Below are positions 43,564 to 53,797 of a stretch of DNA of 64,000 nt, in pieces. The position numbers were made by a program, and so were the translations under genes. The stretch lies in IMG/VR virus record IMGVR_UViG_3300017763_000002, positions 62,001 through 126,000 of that record; one strand, written 5' to 3'. The notes under the pieces were generated by a model that saw nothing but the letters and a program-made list of their open reading frames with translations, searched no databases and had not been told where the DNA came from. Each line of letters opens with the position of its first letter. Positions within the stretch are counted from its first letter, which is position 1.

Positions 43564-46500
43564 AGATAATTCTTTTATTTTTTCTTCTAAATATTCTATT
43601 TTAGAATTTTGTTCCTTCATAGCTTCGATTAACAAAGGAGTAATTTTTTCATATTTTACTTTTAAACCCAGCCTTCCTTCTTCAACAACTTCAGGTAATA
43701 CTTCTTTTATTTCTTGCGCAATAACCCCAACGTCATTGCCTGAATAGATACTTTGGTTATCTTTCCATTTAAAAGATACTCCAGATATTTTCATTAGTTT
43801 ATCTATTGAATTACTTATTGGTAGAATATTAGTTTTGTATTTTTTATCTGACAAAGCAAATGATATAACGTCTCCAGTAAAAAACGCTCCACCGTCAGCA
43901 GCAACAAATACTCTAGTTAATTTTGATATCTCTACAGTGTCATCAACCATAGGATTACCAATATAAAAACTGTTTTGAACCATTTCTGTTTCAGTTAAAT
44001 TAAAGTTAGTTCCAAAAATACCCAAGTTGGACACTTCCACTTGATCAGAAATTCTAATTTTATTATCTGTACCTAATATAGTTACCTCTGAAGCGACTTG
44101 AGCTATAGATGCAGCAGCAGTATTACCATCAGCTTGCTTGATTAGCAGTTCATTATTCGAACCCAATATAGAAAGTTTAGATGCATTTCTAACTAAGTTA
44201 GCTCCCCCAAATATAACGTTTGACATTTGTCCGTAATCAGTAGGTGTCCCAGACGCACCATTAACGGCTTGCCAGCTAGACGTATATCCAGAAGAAGCTG
44301 CAGTAGAGCTTTCTCCTAAAGAAGACAACACTGCTTGATTATCTCTACCAAATACTATAAACCCTTGAGCTAAAGACTCGCTTGAAGTTTTTTGCTCTCC
44401 AATAATAAGGTTATCTACCCCACTTATTAAGCCTCGTTCAATGAATTTTATTTTATTATTACGCCCTCCAACAACCGTAGATCTTCTTGATGAAATTACT
44501 TGATTGTAATCTCCCCCGAATATACTATTAAAAGAAAAATGTCCTATAGAAGACGAAGAAGGGTCAGGTACAGCTACAGATATTTGTTTTTCTGTTGGCG
44601 TGTCCAAAGTACTACTGGCTGTAAAATTGGCAACGGGGGTGTCAGCGGCATCAATCGTCGCTGCGTTTCTGTGTGTTGCCGTTTCAAAACTACTTTGAAC
44701 ATCACTTTTATTTGATAATTTAATTTGCTTAGTCGTTTGGTCTATTTGTATTTTATAAGTATTATCAAGTCCTTGAATTTTTATATAAGGCCATAAACTA
44801 GTGTGGGTTTTTACGACGCAGTATTTAAATGTATTACCATCAATAAACCCAAGCTTAAAAGTTCTTGTGGATTGCTGAGTGCTATCTCCCACTCTTATGC
44901 ATACAGGTTTGTTATTTTCAGTTAAATATCCTGTATCAAAAGTTCTTTCTGGAGAAGAAGCCGCCTGTTGCTGTGACTCATTAAAACAAAGCTCCCCAAA
45001 TATATTAAACGCATCATTAGCATAATTAGAAGCTTTATCAAAACCCAAGTAAAGTTTGTATGAACTAATTGATTTATATAAATTAAAATCAGCATCAGTT
45101 CTCCATCCTGCTACATAGGACGGATGAGTTTCACCAACTTTAGCGTTAATCTTTCCAGGGTCTGAAAATTTTTCTTGTAAAATAATTTTATATCTCTGAT
45201 TATTTGTAACAGCGGCATTATTTAAAACATCTGTATTTACTCCATCAACTGAAGCGAATCCTTTTACATATATTTCGGTAATAACATCATTTGTATCATA
45301 AGTTATATTTGAAGGAGATATAGAACTTTGTGTTGTTCCTCCTCCAATATAATTATTAAATCCATTTATAATAGATCCATATATAGAATGCTCAATAGTA
45401 TTTGCAAAACCAGAACCAACAAATGAATAACTAGAATTTTCTATTGAATTATTTGAACCAGACAATACAGCGTTTATTCCTGAAGTATTAACTCCTGAAT
45501 TAGATTCTGTCCTATCTACTCCAATGCTATTATAATAACCCCCTCCTATAGTTGAAAAAGAATCGCCTATAGCGTTACCAAACCCGCCGCAAATAGATGA
45601 AAATCTGGCGGGATATGAAACCCCATAAGAAGAGATTACATTATTACCTCCACCCACAATAGATGATGCCAAAGTTCCATAATAAGCAGCTGCCATATTT
45701 CCGCTTGAGTCAAGATTACTAAGGTCAACTTCATTTAATATTTTATTATTAAAACCGCCACCAATAAATGTTTGATTGCCTACTTGAGGGTTAGTTGGTT
45801 TTAAAGTTAATGCTGTAGACGAAGAACTCATAACTCCAAATAAATCGTCTTTCACTGAAGCCTCTATGATGCCTCCTCGGATAATTAAATTCTTACCATC
45901 CCATCTTAAATAATTACCAAAAGGACTATACATTTCTAGTTGCGAAGTTAAGTAAGTTTCATACGCATTACCTGAGCTTTTTAAATATTGTGCAGTAGTA
46001 GACCCTAAGAAAAATCCTGGAAGAAAGTCTCGAGGTGTTTTGTAAGTTTTTCCTGAGGCGACAGCTTTACTTAAATCGCTAAGCCCCATGAAATCTCCAC
46101 CGTCAAAAACTTGAGCTTCAACTCTCGTTGCGCTAGTCACAGTATTACCGCTATTGTCTGTTATATCACCAGTATCTATAATGTTTCCTCTTGGATTATC
46201 AGGAATAAATCTTGGTTCTAATTGACTAGCAATAAATCCAGATTGCCCAGAGCCTGCGGACTCTATTGCGGTATCAATACCAACAACTATACCTTTCTTT
46301 ACAAGTATATCATCTGCAAGCAACAAGCTTGTTGCGGTAGGCTGAAGAACATTATCTATTTCTTGCCAGTATTGTTCTTGTTGTGTTGATTGAGTTCCAT
46401 CTAAAGCTGCCGGTGTTATTCCGCTTATATAATTAGTGGTCTGTTGAGTTGAGCTATCATACCCCTTACTAACTCCCCCTTGAGAAGTAGAACCTCTAAT

Positions 46501-49500
46501 AATATAATAAAACCTAGTTACATTATTACCGCTAACAGTAACTTCCCATGACACCATATCTTGACTAGTATCGTCTCCAAAATATTTTGACTCAGGAGTA
46601 TACCCTCCTCTAAATTGAAAGCTAGGACCAGCTTTACCTTGTTGACTAATTCCTAAATTCATTCTCGGCACAAGAGATTGTACTTGAGACAATTTATTAA
46701 TGTATACTTTAATTGGGAATCCAAAAGACATAGAAGTGTGCTCGTTTCCGCTAGTATCTTTAATCGCATTCTTTTCATTCATGCCAGTTAAATCAACACA
46801 GGCTTCGATTGAATTGTTTCTTGTATACAAAGTTACTAAAGGTTTATTAGCTGCTGGTGTTAGTGGCGTAGCGGGTTCCGTAGCGCCGACATCTTTATCA
46901 AAATTTAAATTAGAAACACTACAATCTATATTATTAGCAGCAGAATCAACAGCGGAAAATGGCTGTATAAAATCATCTTCTGAAAGAGAAACGTCATATC
47001 CATCTTGATGCCAGTTTAAAGTAAAATGCCCTACAGGTTGACTCGAATTATTTAATAATACCATTTTCTTTTTACGAGCGTCATCGCTAGGTAAAAAAGT
47101 GGTTGTATTTTCCACAATCAAGCTGGTAGCATTCACATCGCTCAAGGATATAGACTCATAATTGTTAATTGCAGAACTTGATATAGTAATATCATTACCT
47201 TCTGGATCTTTTAGCGAAAAAGAATCAGGAGCAGTAGATGCATTCATAATCCCATCGTATTTTATGTAATTAACAGTAGTATCCAGAGTAAATACATAAT
47301 TCGTCCCGCTCTTAGACAGAGTAATTTTATTAGGAGCTAGGAAAACTTTTTTATTACCTCTAAAGATTTCTACTTCAGATAATCCAGCCCCTCTTGTAGC
47401 GTTTACAATGTTCTTTGATTCATCAGCATTACCAGTAACCGAAGAATTTGTTAGCGCAGATAGTAATGGGTTTTCTCCGTCTTTAGCTAGCTCTATAATG
47501 TTAAGTTGTTGTACGTCTTTATGTGTTATTTTATTAGCTGTAATGCCTTGGTCGTTTATATTTAATGTAGCTTTTAAACTAATTTTTCCTGCTTTTTTAG
47601 CAGCCTCATCTCCTACTGCAGATTTTGGAATAAAATAATAATAATCATCACTCTCGCTTACAATAATAGTTGTTGAAATTCCAGCTTCATTTTTTTCTTT
47701 AAAACACCATTCGTTCGAACTTGTAGACCCAATGTATTTTTGAAAGAGTTGGTATTCTTGAGTTTTGTCTTCAGCCAAAGACGCAGGAAGAGTTCCGAAA
47801 GTATTTTGAATATCTGTTTCAATATTAGGGTAGTCTCCCACCGTTGTACCAAAATCCATTGTTGCTCCATCGTAATTATATCCATACAACAATCCTTTCA
47901 AAGCTTTTCCATTAACAATATACCCAAAACTAGGAACAACAACAAGAACATCATCACTATTAATTGGCGCTGTATCCTGTCCATATAAAACTTGAAATGG
48001 CACAATATTTTCTAACCTTAATATATTATTTTTTACAGACCCTTGCTCTCTAGAGAAAAATATAAATTGTCTAGGCAGCACAACATTAAGGTTCTTAGGC
48101 ACATCTATTTCGTTTACTATAGATATTTCTTCTTTAGCAGATGCCCCGCTGTCTCTAGATTTAATTAATAAAGATATTCTTCTTACATCATTTGTATTAT
48201 CAACATCAACAATAGCTTCGTAACCTGTATCGTTAGAAGTATCTGTGCTTACAGTGATATTGCTCTTAGTTAAAGTTGCCCCGCTAGCAGCCTCTAGCTC
48301 TATAGTGCCTTGTAATGTCTGAATTAGATCATTATTACCAGCACTATAGTTTGCTTCCCAATATATTGTCTTTTTGTCATTAGGTCCAAATGCTGAGATT
48401 TGTCTATTTGTCCCAGAAACTCCAATCGAACGCTCAATTACATTTAATAAATCATCATTATCTCTATCTGTAGTACTATGAAAAGTTAATACTCCTGAGT
48501 TTACTCCAGATGGAACCATATCCACAGTTTCTGCGGCGATTTCATTTGATCCGTAAAACGCTGAAAATTTTATTTGCAGTCCGGCGATTTGATTATAACC
48601 AAAACTCTCTCGATATAATTTATTAGCAGTATCTAGAGTCGTTGCTCCTTCTTGTGAAAGTCTAAAGTTTATATATTCTATTTTATTTTTTGCAGCATTA
48701 GCTTTGCCTATTAAAATTTTACTAACAGGATTCCATTTTGTTGACGCTGTAATTGTTACTTCAAAATCACTTACAGCTGGAGGCGCGCTGCCAGTATTAT
48801 TCTGCACACACATGTACTTATTACTATTATGAACTACAACATCTCCAGCAACATACGCTTTCGCAGGGTCATAGCTTGTAGGAGTAACGCCCAGTATCAT
48901 TTCCCTGTATATTTCAATTTCGTCTATTCCATTTAAAGCCCATACATCTAATACTGTTTGATCTAATTTAATTCTAGCTTCAGTGCCATAATTAGCAAAC
49001 ATATTTACTTCCGACAAAACTCCAGATCCGTTTCGACTATTTTGCATTACTTGCGAACTAGGCGAGCCTTTTAACTCATAAGCTATAGCACTAGCTGGCT
49101 CGATAAATGATTCTATAATTTTTCTTTGTGATGCGACCAATCTGTCTTCTCCAGCGCCCTCATTCTCCCAATAGGTTGAGCCAACAACCCCGTCAAGTGC
49201 AATGTTTTGGTTCGAAGAGTCCTTGCTAGGAACATTTCTTTTTGCCGTATACTTATTACCGCTATCCAACACAACATCTCCCGCATGATACTCACGACCT
49301 GGAACGTGATCAATTAAACCACTATCATAATATAATTCAACATCAACAGTAAAATATTCAGGTATTCTAATTACCCCATTTTCTTTTATTAAAAATTTAT
49401 GATTGTATATTCCATCTGCTTGTTCTTTGGGAGTAGGATCAACATTAGCTTCGTCTGTAAAATTTAAACTAAATTGAGTAGTTCCGTTGTTTATATCATC

Positions 49501-52500
49501 GGTATCATTATAAGATATACTATTTCCATCAGGCTCTACAGAATTTATATAACAAGTGCCAGTTGTACTTGATTTAAAATTTGCTAGAGTTACAGCTGAT
49601 GCGTCTGTTTTATCTTCTGGATATACTTTTACTCTAAAGTTTGCGTTAGTTAGAGGTGTGCCGTCACTAAAAACGGCGTTATCAATGTCCACGAATATAT
49701 TTACTATCTCTGAAGACGGAGATTCTATCAAAGAGCTTTCTGGATGCCCTTCAACTTGTATTTCATTGAATACTACAGTATCTATGTCAGATCTAATATC
49801 AACGCTCGCTACAGCCTTTCCAGACGGCTGCACTAACCTACCCCGAAGAACCAGTTCGTCGTTTTGAAAACTTAAAGAACTACCAGATGTAGTAGAAAAA
49901 GAAAATGTTCCGTCTCCGTTTATCCAAAAACCAGGATATCCTCCATATATACCACCATAGTTTTCACTTTTAATTATTCCGTATTTACTAAATTTATTTT
50001 CGTTAGCACCTGGAGAATTTCCTGTGATTGTATTAGAATGCTGAACTGCGGTTTCTGCTTTTTGTCCTAAAATAATTTCATGACCTTGTATTGTTCCACC
50101 TGTAATTGTGTCTGCTGTAAGGTCGTTGACATGAGCGCTTTTTATAGAAGCTTCGTCTATCATTGCAGAGCCAATTACCGCATTAGCGAATGCGTGCCAT
50201 GCAGATGATACAGAATACGAACTACCTATCTTATTAACTCTAGCAATTACTATAGATCCAGACTGAGTATTTCCCGAAGAGTCTTTAGAATTTGCGCCAA
50301 CAAGAGAAGTTCTTTCTCCATGAGAATTCATTTCTCCATCGGCTTCCAAAGGCATGTGCATGCCATAATGTTTTCTTATTCCAACGTTTACAGGGTCAGT
50401 AGTTACAGCTGTTCCTGCTCCGTATTTTTTATGACTTTTCCAAGTATTATCGTTAAAAACTTCTAGATCTAAATCTTTTTTTACAGGATTGGCTCCAAAA
50501 TAATCTTCATGAGTCAATCCAGATCCATTATACAAAGAATTATTCCCAAGATCACTTATATTATATGCAGCGCTTGAAGGATTAAACATTGAAAAAGAAT
50601 AATATCCCTGAGTTTGAAATGTAATATTCTGATCAACGTCATTTAGCTTCTTCCATGCAGCTTCATCAGTTGCGTCTACAGCTTTTTTAAATTCTTGATT
50701 AGCAGAATCATAACCACCATCTTTATTCCAATAGATATATTTTATAAATCTATTAGCATTTGCGCTAGCCCACTCATCATGGCCGCTTACCACCGAAGAA
50801 GGAATATCAGTTCCCACAAATAATTCTTTTGTTAAGCTAATAGAGCCTGCCGGAATATAATGTGATTCTCCGTCTTTATATATAAAATGATTACTCCAAG
50901 ATAAATCAGATCCAGATACAGAAAAAGGATCACTTGGCACAAGAGCTACAGCCCCTGGCAGTTTTCCAGTGATATCTTGTTCAAAACTTGCTATATCTGT
51001 AACTTTAGTTTGCCCTAAAGTATATCCAGCATCTAATTCTAAAAACCCACTACGATTTCCAGCTTTATCTATAGCTTCAATAAAGAAATATCCCGTTTGA
51101 TTTGTCTCTCCTTCGATTTGGAGAGAGGTAGTAGAACACATAAATTGCTCTACTGTAACATAATTAGTAGGGCTTAAGGGAGATACTGGTAAAGAAGAAT
51201 TGAATCCATCTAAAGTTAACACTCCTGAAGTATTAGTTATATTTGTGATCCTTCTATCCAAATAAATAGAATCTGTTGTATTTTCCACCACCGATATTTC
51301 AGCCCTACTTCCATCGGCTTTAAAAATAGTAGCCATGTGAAGATCGTTTACTGCTGTTCCAGTAACATCTCGACTCCATTTTACATAATCTTTATTGGTA
51401 GTAGCTTTAGTAAAAGAAATGTTAGAACCAGAGTCAATATCCTGCGCAGTTCTATGATCTCTAACCATAGTAACTTTATACTCTATTGACTTTTCTCCGT
51501 CAGCTGGGGTGTCCCATTCTAAAAACCAGTTTTTAAATGATGTTTTTACTCCTCCGCTTGCTGGAGCAGAAGGAGCACTAGTGTCTAGAGCGCCAACAAA
51601 ACCCCTGTCGTTTCTACTGAACAACTTATAACTCGCAACCTTTACTTGATTTACAATAAAATTATCGCCAGGACCAAAATCATCGTAAGGCACCAATATA
51701 TAATCATATTCTGTAAAGTTCTCTAATATTTTTTTACCAGAAGAATCCGAGGTTCTAAGTAAAGGTACATTTTCATCAAACAAGGTTGACTGATTATCGT
51801 CATTAATAGATAAAGAGTTCGCTCCTTCAGTCGTTTGTGTCTTTACTAAATATTTAGCTTTTTTAAAATTAAATCCAGCGCCAGTAGATCTGTTTTTTAC
51901 TCCGGCGTCTTCACCAAAATCTATTGTAGCTGGATCAGCATTATATTGAGCTGCTTTTACCGTATCTTCTGTTAAAGAATAATCTCCTTCTCCAGTTCCA
52001 CTAGGAGATTTTTGTCCATAAGTTTTTGTTGATGTTGGCTTTAGTTGTGGCCTTCTATAAATTTCTATATGGCTAATTTCTTCATTAAATTCTAAATTGA
52101 ACTTAACAGACCCAATAGTATCAAACACATCAAAACTAAATTCCTGTCCGCCAGTGCCAGTACCGTCTCTTTTAATTACTGGCTTAGCATTAGTCCCAGA
52201 AGCCGTGTCTTCATCAATAACTTGTCCAGCAGCGTCAAGAATTGCTAATCTAAAATTTAAAGTTCTATTAGCTTCAGTAGCGTTACCTCCATTTAGTTCA
52301 GTTTGTATTACAGCATTTTCTTCAAAAGTTATATTATCTATAATAGTTTTAAATGTTTCTTGTTTTAGATCTATTAACCTTAAGTCGCTTTTATTTATTT
52401 TTGACTTAAACCTACTATCGTCGGTTATTTTAAATGCATCGACCACATGAGTTCCAGACGCATCATAAAAGTACCCAACAATACCTTTGATAACTGCTAT

Positions 52501-53796
52501 CTGATCCAGCTCGTCTTCCTTAAATACTATAGAATTACCGTTTAAATCTGTAAGAGCCCACGAAACATTAAATTTATTTTGAACAGGAGTTACTGCAATA
52601 TTATCTATCTTTACAGTAGACTCAAAAATTTTACCTGTAGTATCAGTCACACTATAATTTTCATCTATTTCTACTAATCCAGTAGATTTAGGGCAATAAA
52701 CTGCAGATAACCCAAACGCATCATGTACTTCAATTACATATTGATATTGATTTCTATATTCTGAATTAGAGCGCCCATTAGACCACTTCTGTGGCACTAC
52801 TATAGATGCTGATTTCTTCTCTGCAGAAGATAAATTAGCTACTTCTTTTTTAGATGCAAGACTCCAACTAGAACTCAATCCATTCTTAATATATTGCTTT
52901 AATAATACTCTCTTAAAATCTATATCATCAGCTTCAAAAGAAAAATGAAAGTCATTCTTAATAGTATTAATAAATTGAGAAAGTAATTTAGTTTTTTCGT
53001 TTTCTAAAATTAAATTTAATGTACATGTTTTTTCTACGGAGTCTGCAGCAAAAGTTAAAGTTCTAGCTGTAAGTTCTAATTTTAATTTCCTATTATTAAA
53101 TGTACCAGAAAGAGCCCGAAATATAGTTTCTGAAAAATCTATCTCAAACAGAAAACCTATCCACCATTTGCCATTGTCATAATCCCAGTTTGGAAACGCG
53201 TCTTGTATTATTTTTTGTTCTGCAACAGAATCTACTTTTGTAAAAACGCCTGCAGAAGTCTCTCGATATATACATAGGTCAAAACCCCTTAATAACCTAT
53301 CAAAAGAAGTATTAGAGCTAATTGATTCGCCTTCAGAAGGGTGCCCTGGAGGAGCGTACAAAGACCAACTGATAGTAGGAGCGTTTCCTGCGAAATTTAA
53401 ACTAAGATCTACAGTATTTCCTGGGGTAAACATTGTTCCAGATATAGACCTTGAAGTTATTTCCGAATCTTCACAAAAAACTTCTGCAAAAGAAAAAGTA
53501 TTATCCCCCAAATCATTACCCATTATTTGAGTTACCTTTTCATCATACGCAGATCTAATTCCTAATTCATTTTCAGCGTACAGTCTTACATTAAAATTAC
53601 CAAAAGTACCACCCAGGTCTATAGAAGCATAAACTTCTATGCCAGCGCTTAAATTATTACTAGACCTACCAGCTAAAAGATCCCTACCCGTCCCTAGGTT
53701 TTTATTAAATGAACCTCGAGAAGAAGAGCCTACGGCAAAATAAGAATCAGTTAAACTGAAAATCTTAAACTTAATAAATATTCCTGAAGATGCCAT
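43540..53796 (-). CDS. Giant tail fibre/tip protein (gpJ C-terminal part) with C-terminal peptidase S74 chaperone
   Basis: 3418 aa; FN3-like segments (FNVRLYAENELGIRS; APSAPASG..FLEW); J-type IGSAMIDEASIKSAHVNDLTADTITGGTI; GG.NN beta-repeats; FALSDKKYK..GVIAQE..VKYEKITPLLIEAMKE. Confidence 0.85.
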   Translation of the reverse strand: MASSGIFIKFKIFSLTDSYFAVGSSSRGSFNKNLGTGRDLLAGRSSNNLSAGIEVYASIDLGGTFGNFNVRLYAENELGIRSAYDEKVTQIMGNDLGDNTFSFAEVFCEDSEITSRSISGTMFTPGNTVDLSLNFAGNAPTISWSLYAPPGHPSEGESISSNTSFDRLLRGFDLCIYRETSAGVFTKVDSVAEQKIIQDAFPNWDYDNGKWWIGFLFEIDFSETIFRALSGTFNNRKLKLELTARTLTFAADSVEKTCTLNLILENEKTKLLSQFINTIKNDFHFSFEADDIDFKRVLLKQYIKNGLSSSWSLASKKEVANLSSAEKKSASIVVPQKWSNGRSNSEYRNQYQYVIEVHDAFGLSAVYCPKSTGLVEIDENYSVTDTTGKIFESTVKIDNIAVTPVQNKFNVSWALTDLNGNSIVFKEDELDQIAVIKGIVGYFYDASGTHVVDAFKITDDSRFKSKINKSDLRLIDLKQETFKTIIDNITFEENAVIQTELNGGNATEANRTLNFRLAILDAAGQVIDEDTASGTNAKPVIKRDGTGTGGQEFSFDVFDTIGSVKFNLEFNEEISHIEIYRRPQLKPTSTKTYGQKSPSGTGEGDYSLTEDTVKAAQYNADPATIDFGEDAGVKNRSTGAGFNFKKAKYLVKTQTTEGANSLSINDDNQSTLFDENVPLLRTSDSSGKKILENFTEYDYILVPYDDFGPGDNFIVNQVKVASYKLFSRNDRGFVGALDTSAPSAPASGGVKTSFKNWFLEWDTPADGEKSIEYKVTMVRDHRTAQDIDSGSNISFTKATTNKDYVKWSRDVTGTAVNDLHMATIFKADGSRAEISVVENTTDSIYLDRRITNITNTSGVLTLDGFNSSLPVSPLSPTNYVTVEQFMCSTTSLQIEGETNQTGYFFIEAIDKAGNRSGFLELDAGYTLGQTKVTDIASFEQDITGKLPGAVALVPSDPFSVSGSDLSWSNHFIYKDGESHYIPAGSISLTKELFVGTDIPSSVVSGHDEWASANANRFIKYIYWNKDGGYDSANQEFKKAVDATDEAAWKKLNDVDQNITFQTQGYYSFSMFNPSSAAYNISDLGNNSLYNGSGLTHEDYFGANPVKKDLDLEVFNDNTWKSHKKYGAGTAVTTDPVNVGIRKHYGMHMPLEADGEMNSHGERTSLVGANSKDSSGNTQSGSIVIARVNKIGSSYSVSSAWHAFANAVIGSAMIDEASIKSAHVNDLTADTITGGTIQGHEIILGQKAETAVQHSNTITGNSPGANENKFSKYGIIKSENYGGIYGGYPGFWINGDGTFSFSTTSGSSLSFQNDELVLRGRLVQPSGKAVASVDIRSDIDTVVFNEIQVEGHPESSLIESPSSEIVNIFVDIDNAVFSDGTPLTNANFRVKVYPEDKTDASAVTLANFKSSTTGTCYINSVEPDGNSISYNDTDDINNGTTQFSLNFTDEANVDPTPKEQADGIYNHKFLIKENGVIRIPEYFTVDVELYYDSGLIDHVPGREYHAGDVVLDSGNKYTAKRNVPSKDSSNQNIALDGVVGSTYWENEGAGEDRLVASQRKIIESFIEPASAIAYELKGSPSSQVMQNSRNGSGVLSEVNMFANYGTEARIKLDQTVLDVWALNGIDEIEIYREMILGVTPTSYDPAKAYVAGDVVVHNSNKYMCVQNNTGSAPPAVSDFEVTITASTKWNPVSKILIGKANAAKNKIEYINFRLSQEGATTLDTANKLYRESFGYNQIAGLQIKFSAFYGSNEIAAETVDMVPSGVNSGVLTFHSTTDRDNDDLLNVIERSIGVSGTNRQISAFGPNDKKTIYWEANYSAGNNDLIQTLQGTIELEAASGATLTKSNITVSTDTSNDTGYEAIVDVDNTNDVRRISLLIKSRDSGASAKEEISIVNEIDVPKNLNVVLPRQFIFFSREQGSVKNNILRLENIVPFQVLYGQDTAPINSDDVLVVVPSFGYIVNGKALKGLLYGYNYDGATMDFGTTVGDYPNIETDIQNTFGTLPASLAEDKTQEYQLFQKYIGSTSSNEWCFKEKNEAGISTTIIVSESDDYYYFIPKSAVGDEAAKKAGKISLKATLNINDQGITANKITHKDVQQLNIIELAKDGENPLLSALTNSSVTGNADESKNIVNATRGAGLSEVEIFRGNKKVFLAPNKITLSKSGTNYVFTLDTTVNYIKYDGIMNASTAPDSFSLKDPEGNDITISSSAINNYESISLSDVNATSLIVENTTTFLPSDDARKKKMVLLNNSSQPVGHFTLNWHQDGYDVSLSEDDFIQPFSAVDSAANNIDCSVSNLNFDKDVGATEPATPLTPAANKPLVTLYTRNNSIEACVDLTGMNEKNAIKDTSGNEHTSMSFGFPIKVYINKLSQVQSLVPRMNLGISQQGKAGPSFQFRGGYTPESKYFGDDTSQDMVSWEVTVSGNNVTRFYYIIRGSTSQGGVSKGYDSSTQQTTNYISGITPAALDGTQSTQQEQYWQEIDNVLQPTATSLLLADDILVKKGIVVGIDTAIESAGSGQSGFIASQLEPRFIPDNPRGNIIDTGDITDNSGNTVTSATRVEAQVFDGGDFMGLSDLSKAVASGKTYKTPRDFLPGFFLGSTTAQYLKSSGNAYETYLTSQLEMYSPFGNYLRWDGKNLIIRGGIIEASVKDDLFGVMSSSSTALTLKPTNPQVGNQTFIGGGFNNKILNEVDLSNLDSSGNMAAAYYGTLASSIVGGGNNVISSYGVSYPARFSSICGGFGNAIGDSFSTIGGGYYNSIGVDRTESNSGVNTSGINAVLSGSNNSIENSSYSFVGSGFANTIEHSIYGSIINGFNNYIGGGTTQSSISPSNITYDTNDVITEIYVKGFASVDGVNTDVLNNAAVTNNQRYKIILQEKFSDPGKINAKVGETHPSYVAGWRTDADFNLYKSISSYKLYLGFDKASNYANDAFNIFGELCFNESQQQAASSPERTFDTGYLTENNKPVCIRVGDSTQQSTRTFKLGFIDGNTFKYCVVKTHTSLWPYIKIQGLDNTYKIQIDQTTKQIKLSNKSDVQSSFETATHRNAATIDAADTPVANFTASSTLDTPTEKQISVAVPDPSSSSIGHFSFNSIFGGDYNQVISSRRSTVVGGRNNKIKFIERGLISGVDNLIIGEQKTSSESLAQGFIVFGRDNQAVLSSLGESSTAASSGYTSSWQAVNGASGTPTDYGQMSNVIFGGANLVRNASKLSILGSNNELLIKQADGNTAAASIAQVASEVTILGTDNKIRISDQVEVSNLGIFGTNFNLTETEMVQNSFYIGNPMVDDTVEISKLTRVFVAADGGAFFTGDVISFALSDKKYKTNILPISNSIDKLMKISGVSFKWKDNQSIYSGNDVGVIAQEIKEVLPEVVEEGRLGLKVKYEKITPLLIEAMKEQNSKIEYLEEKIKELSLAVDKLK

Positions 53797-53797
53797 A

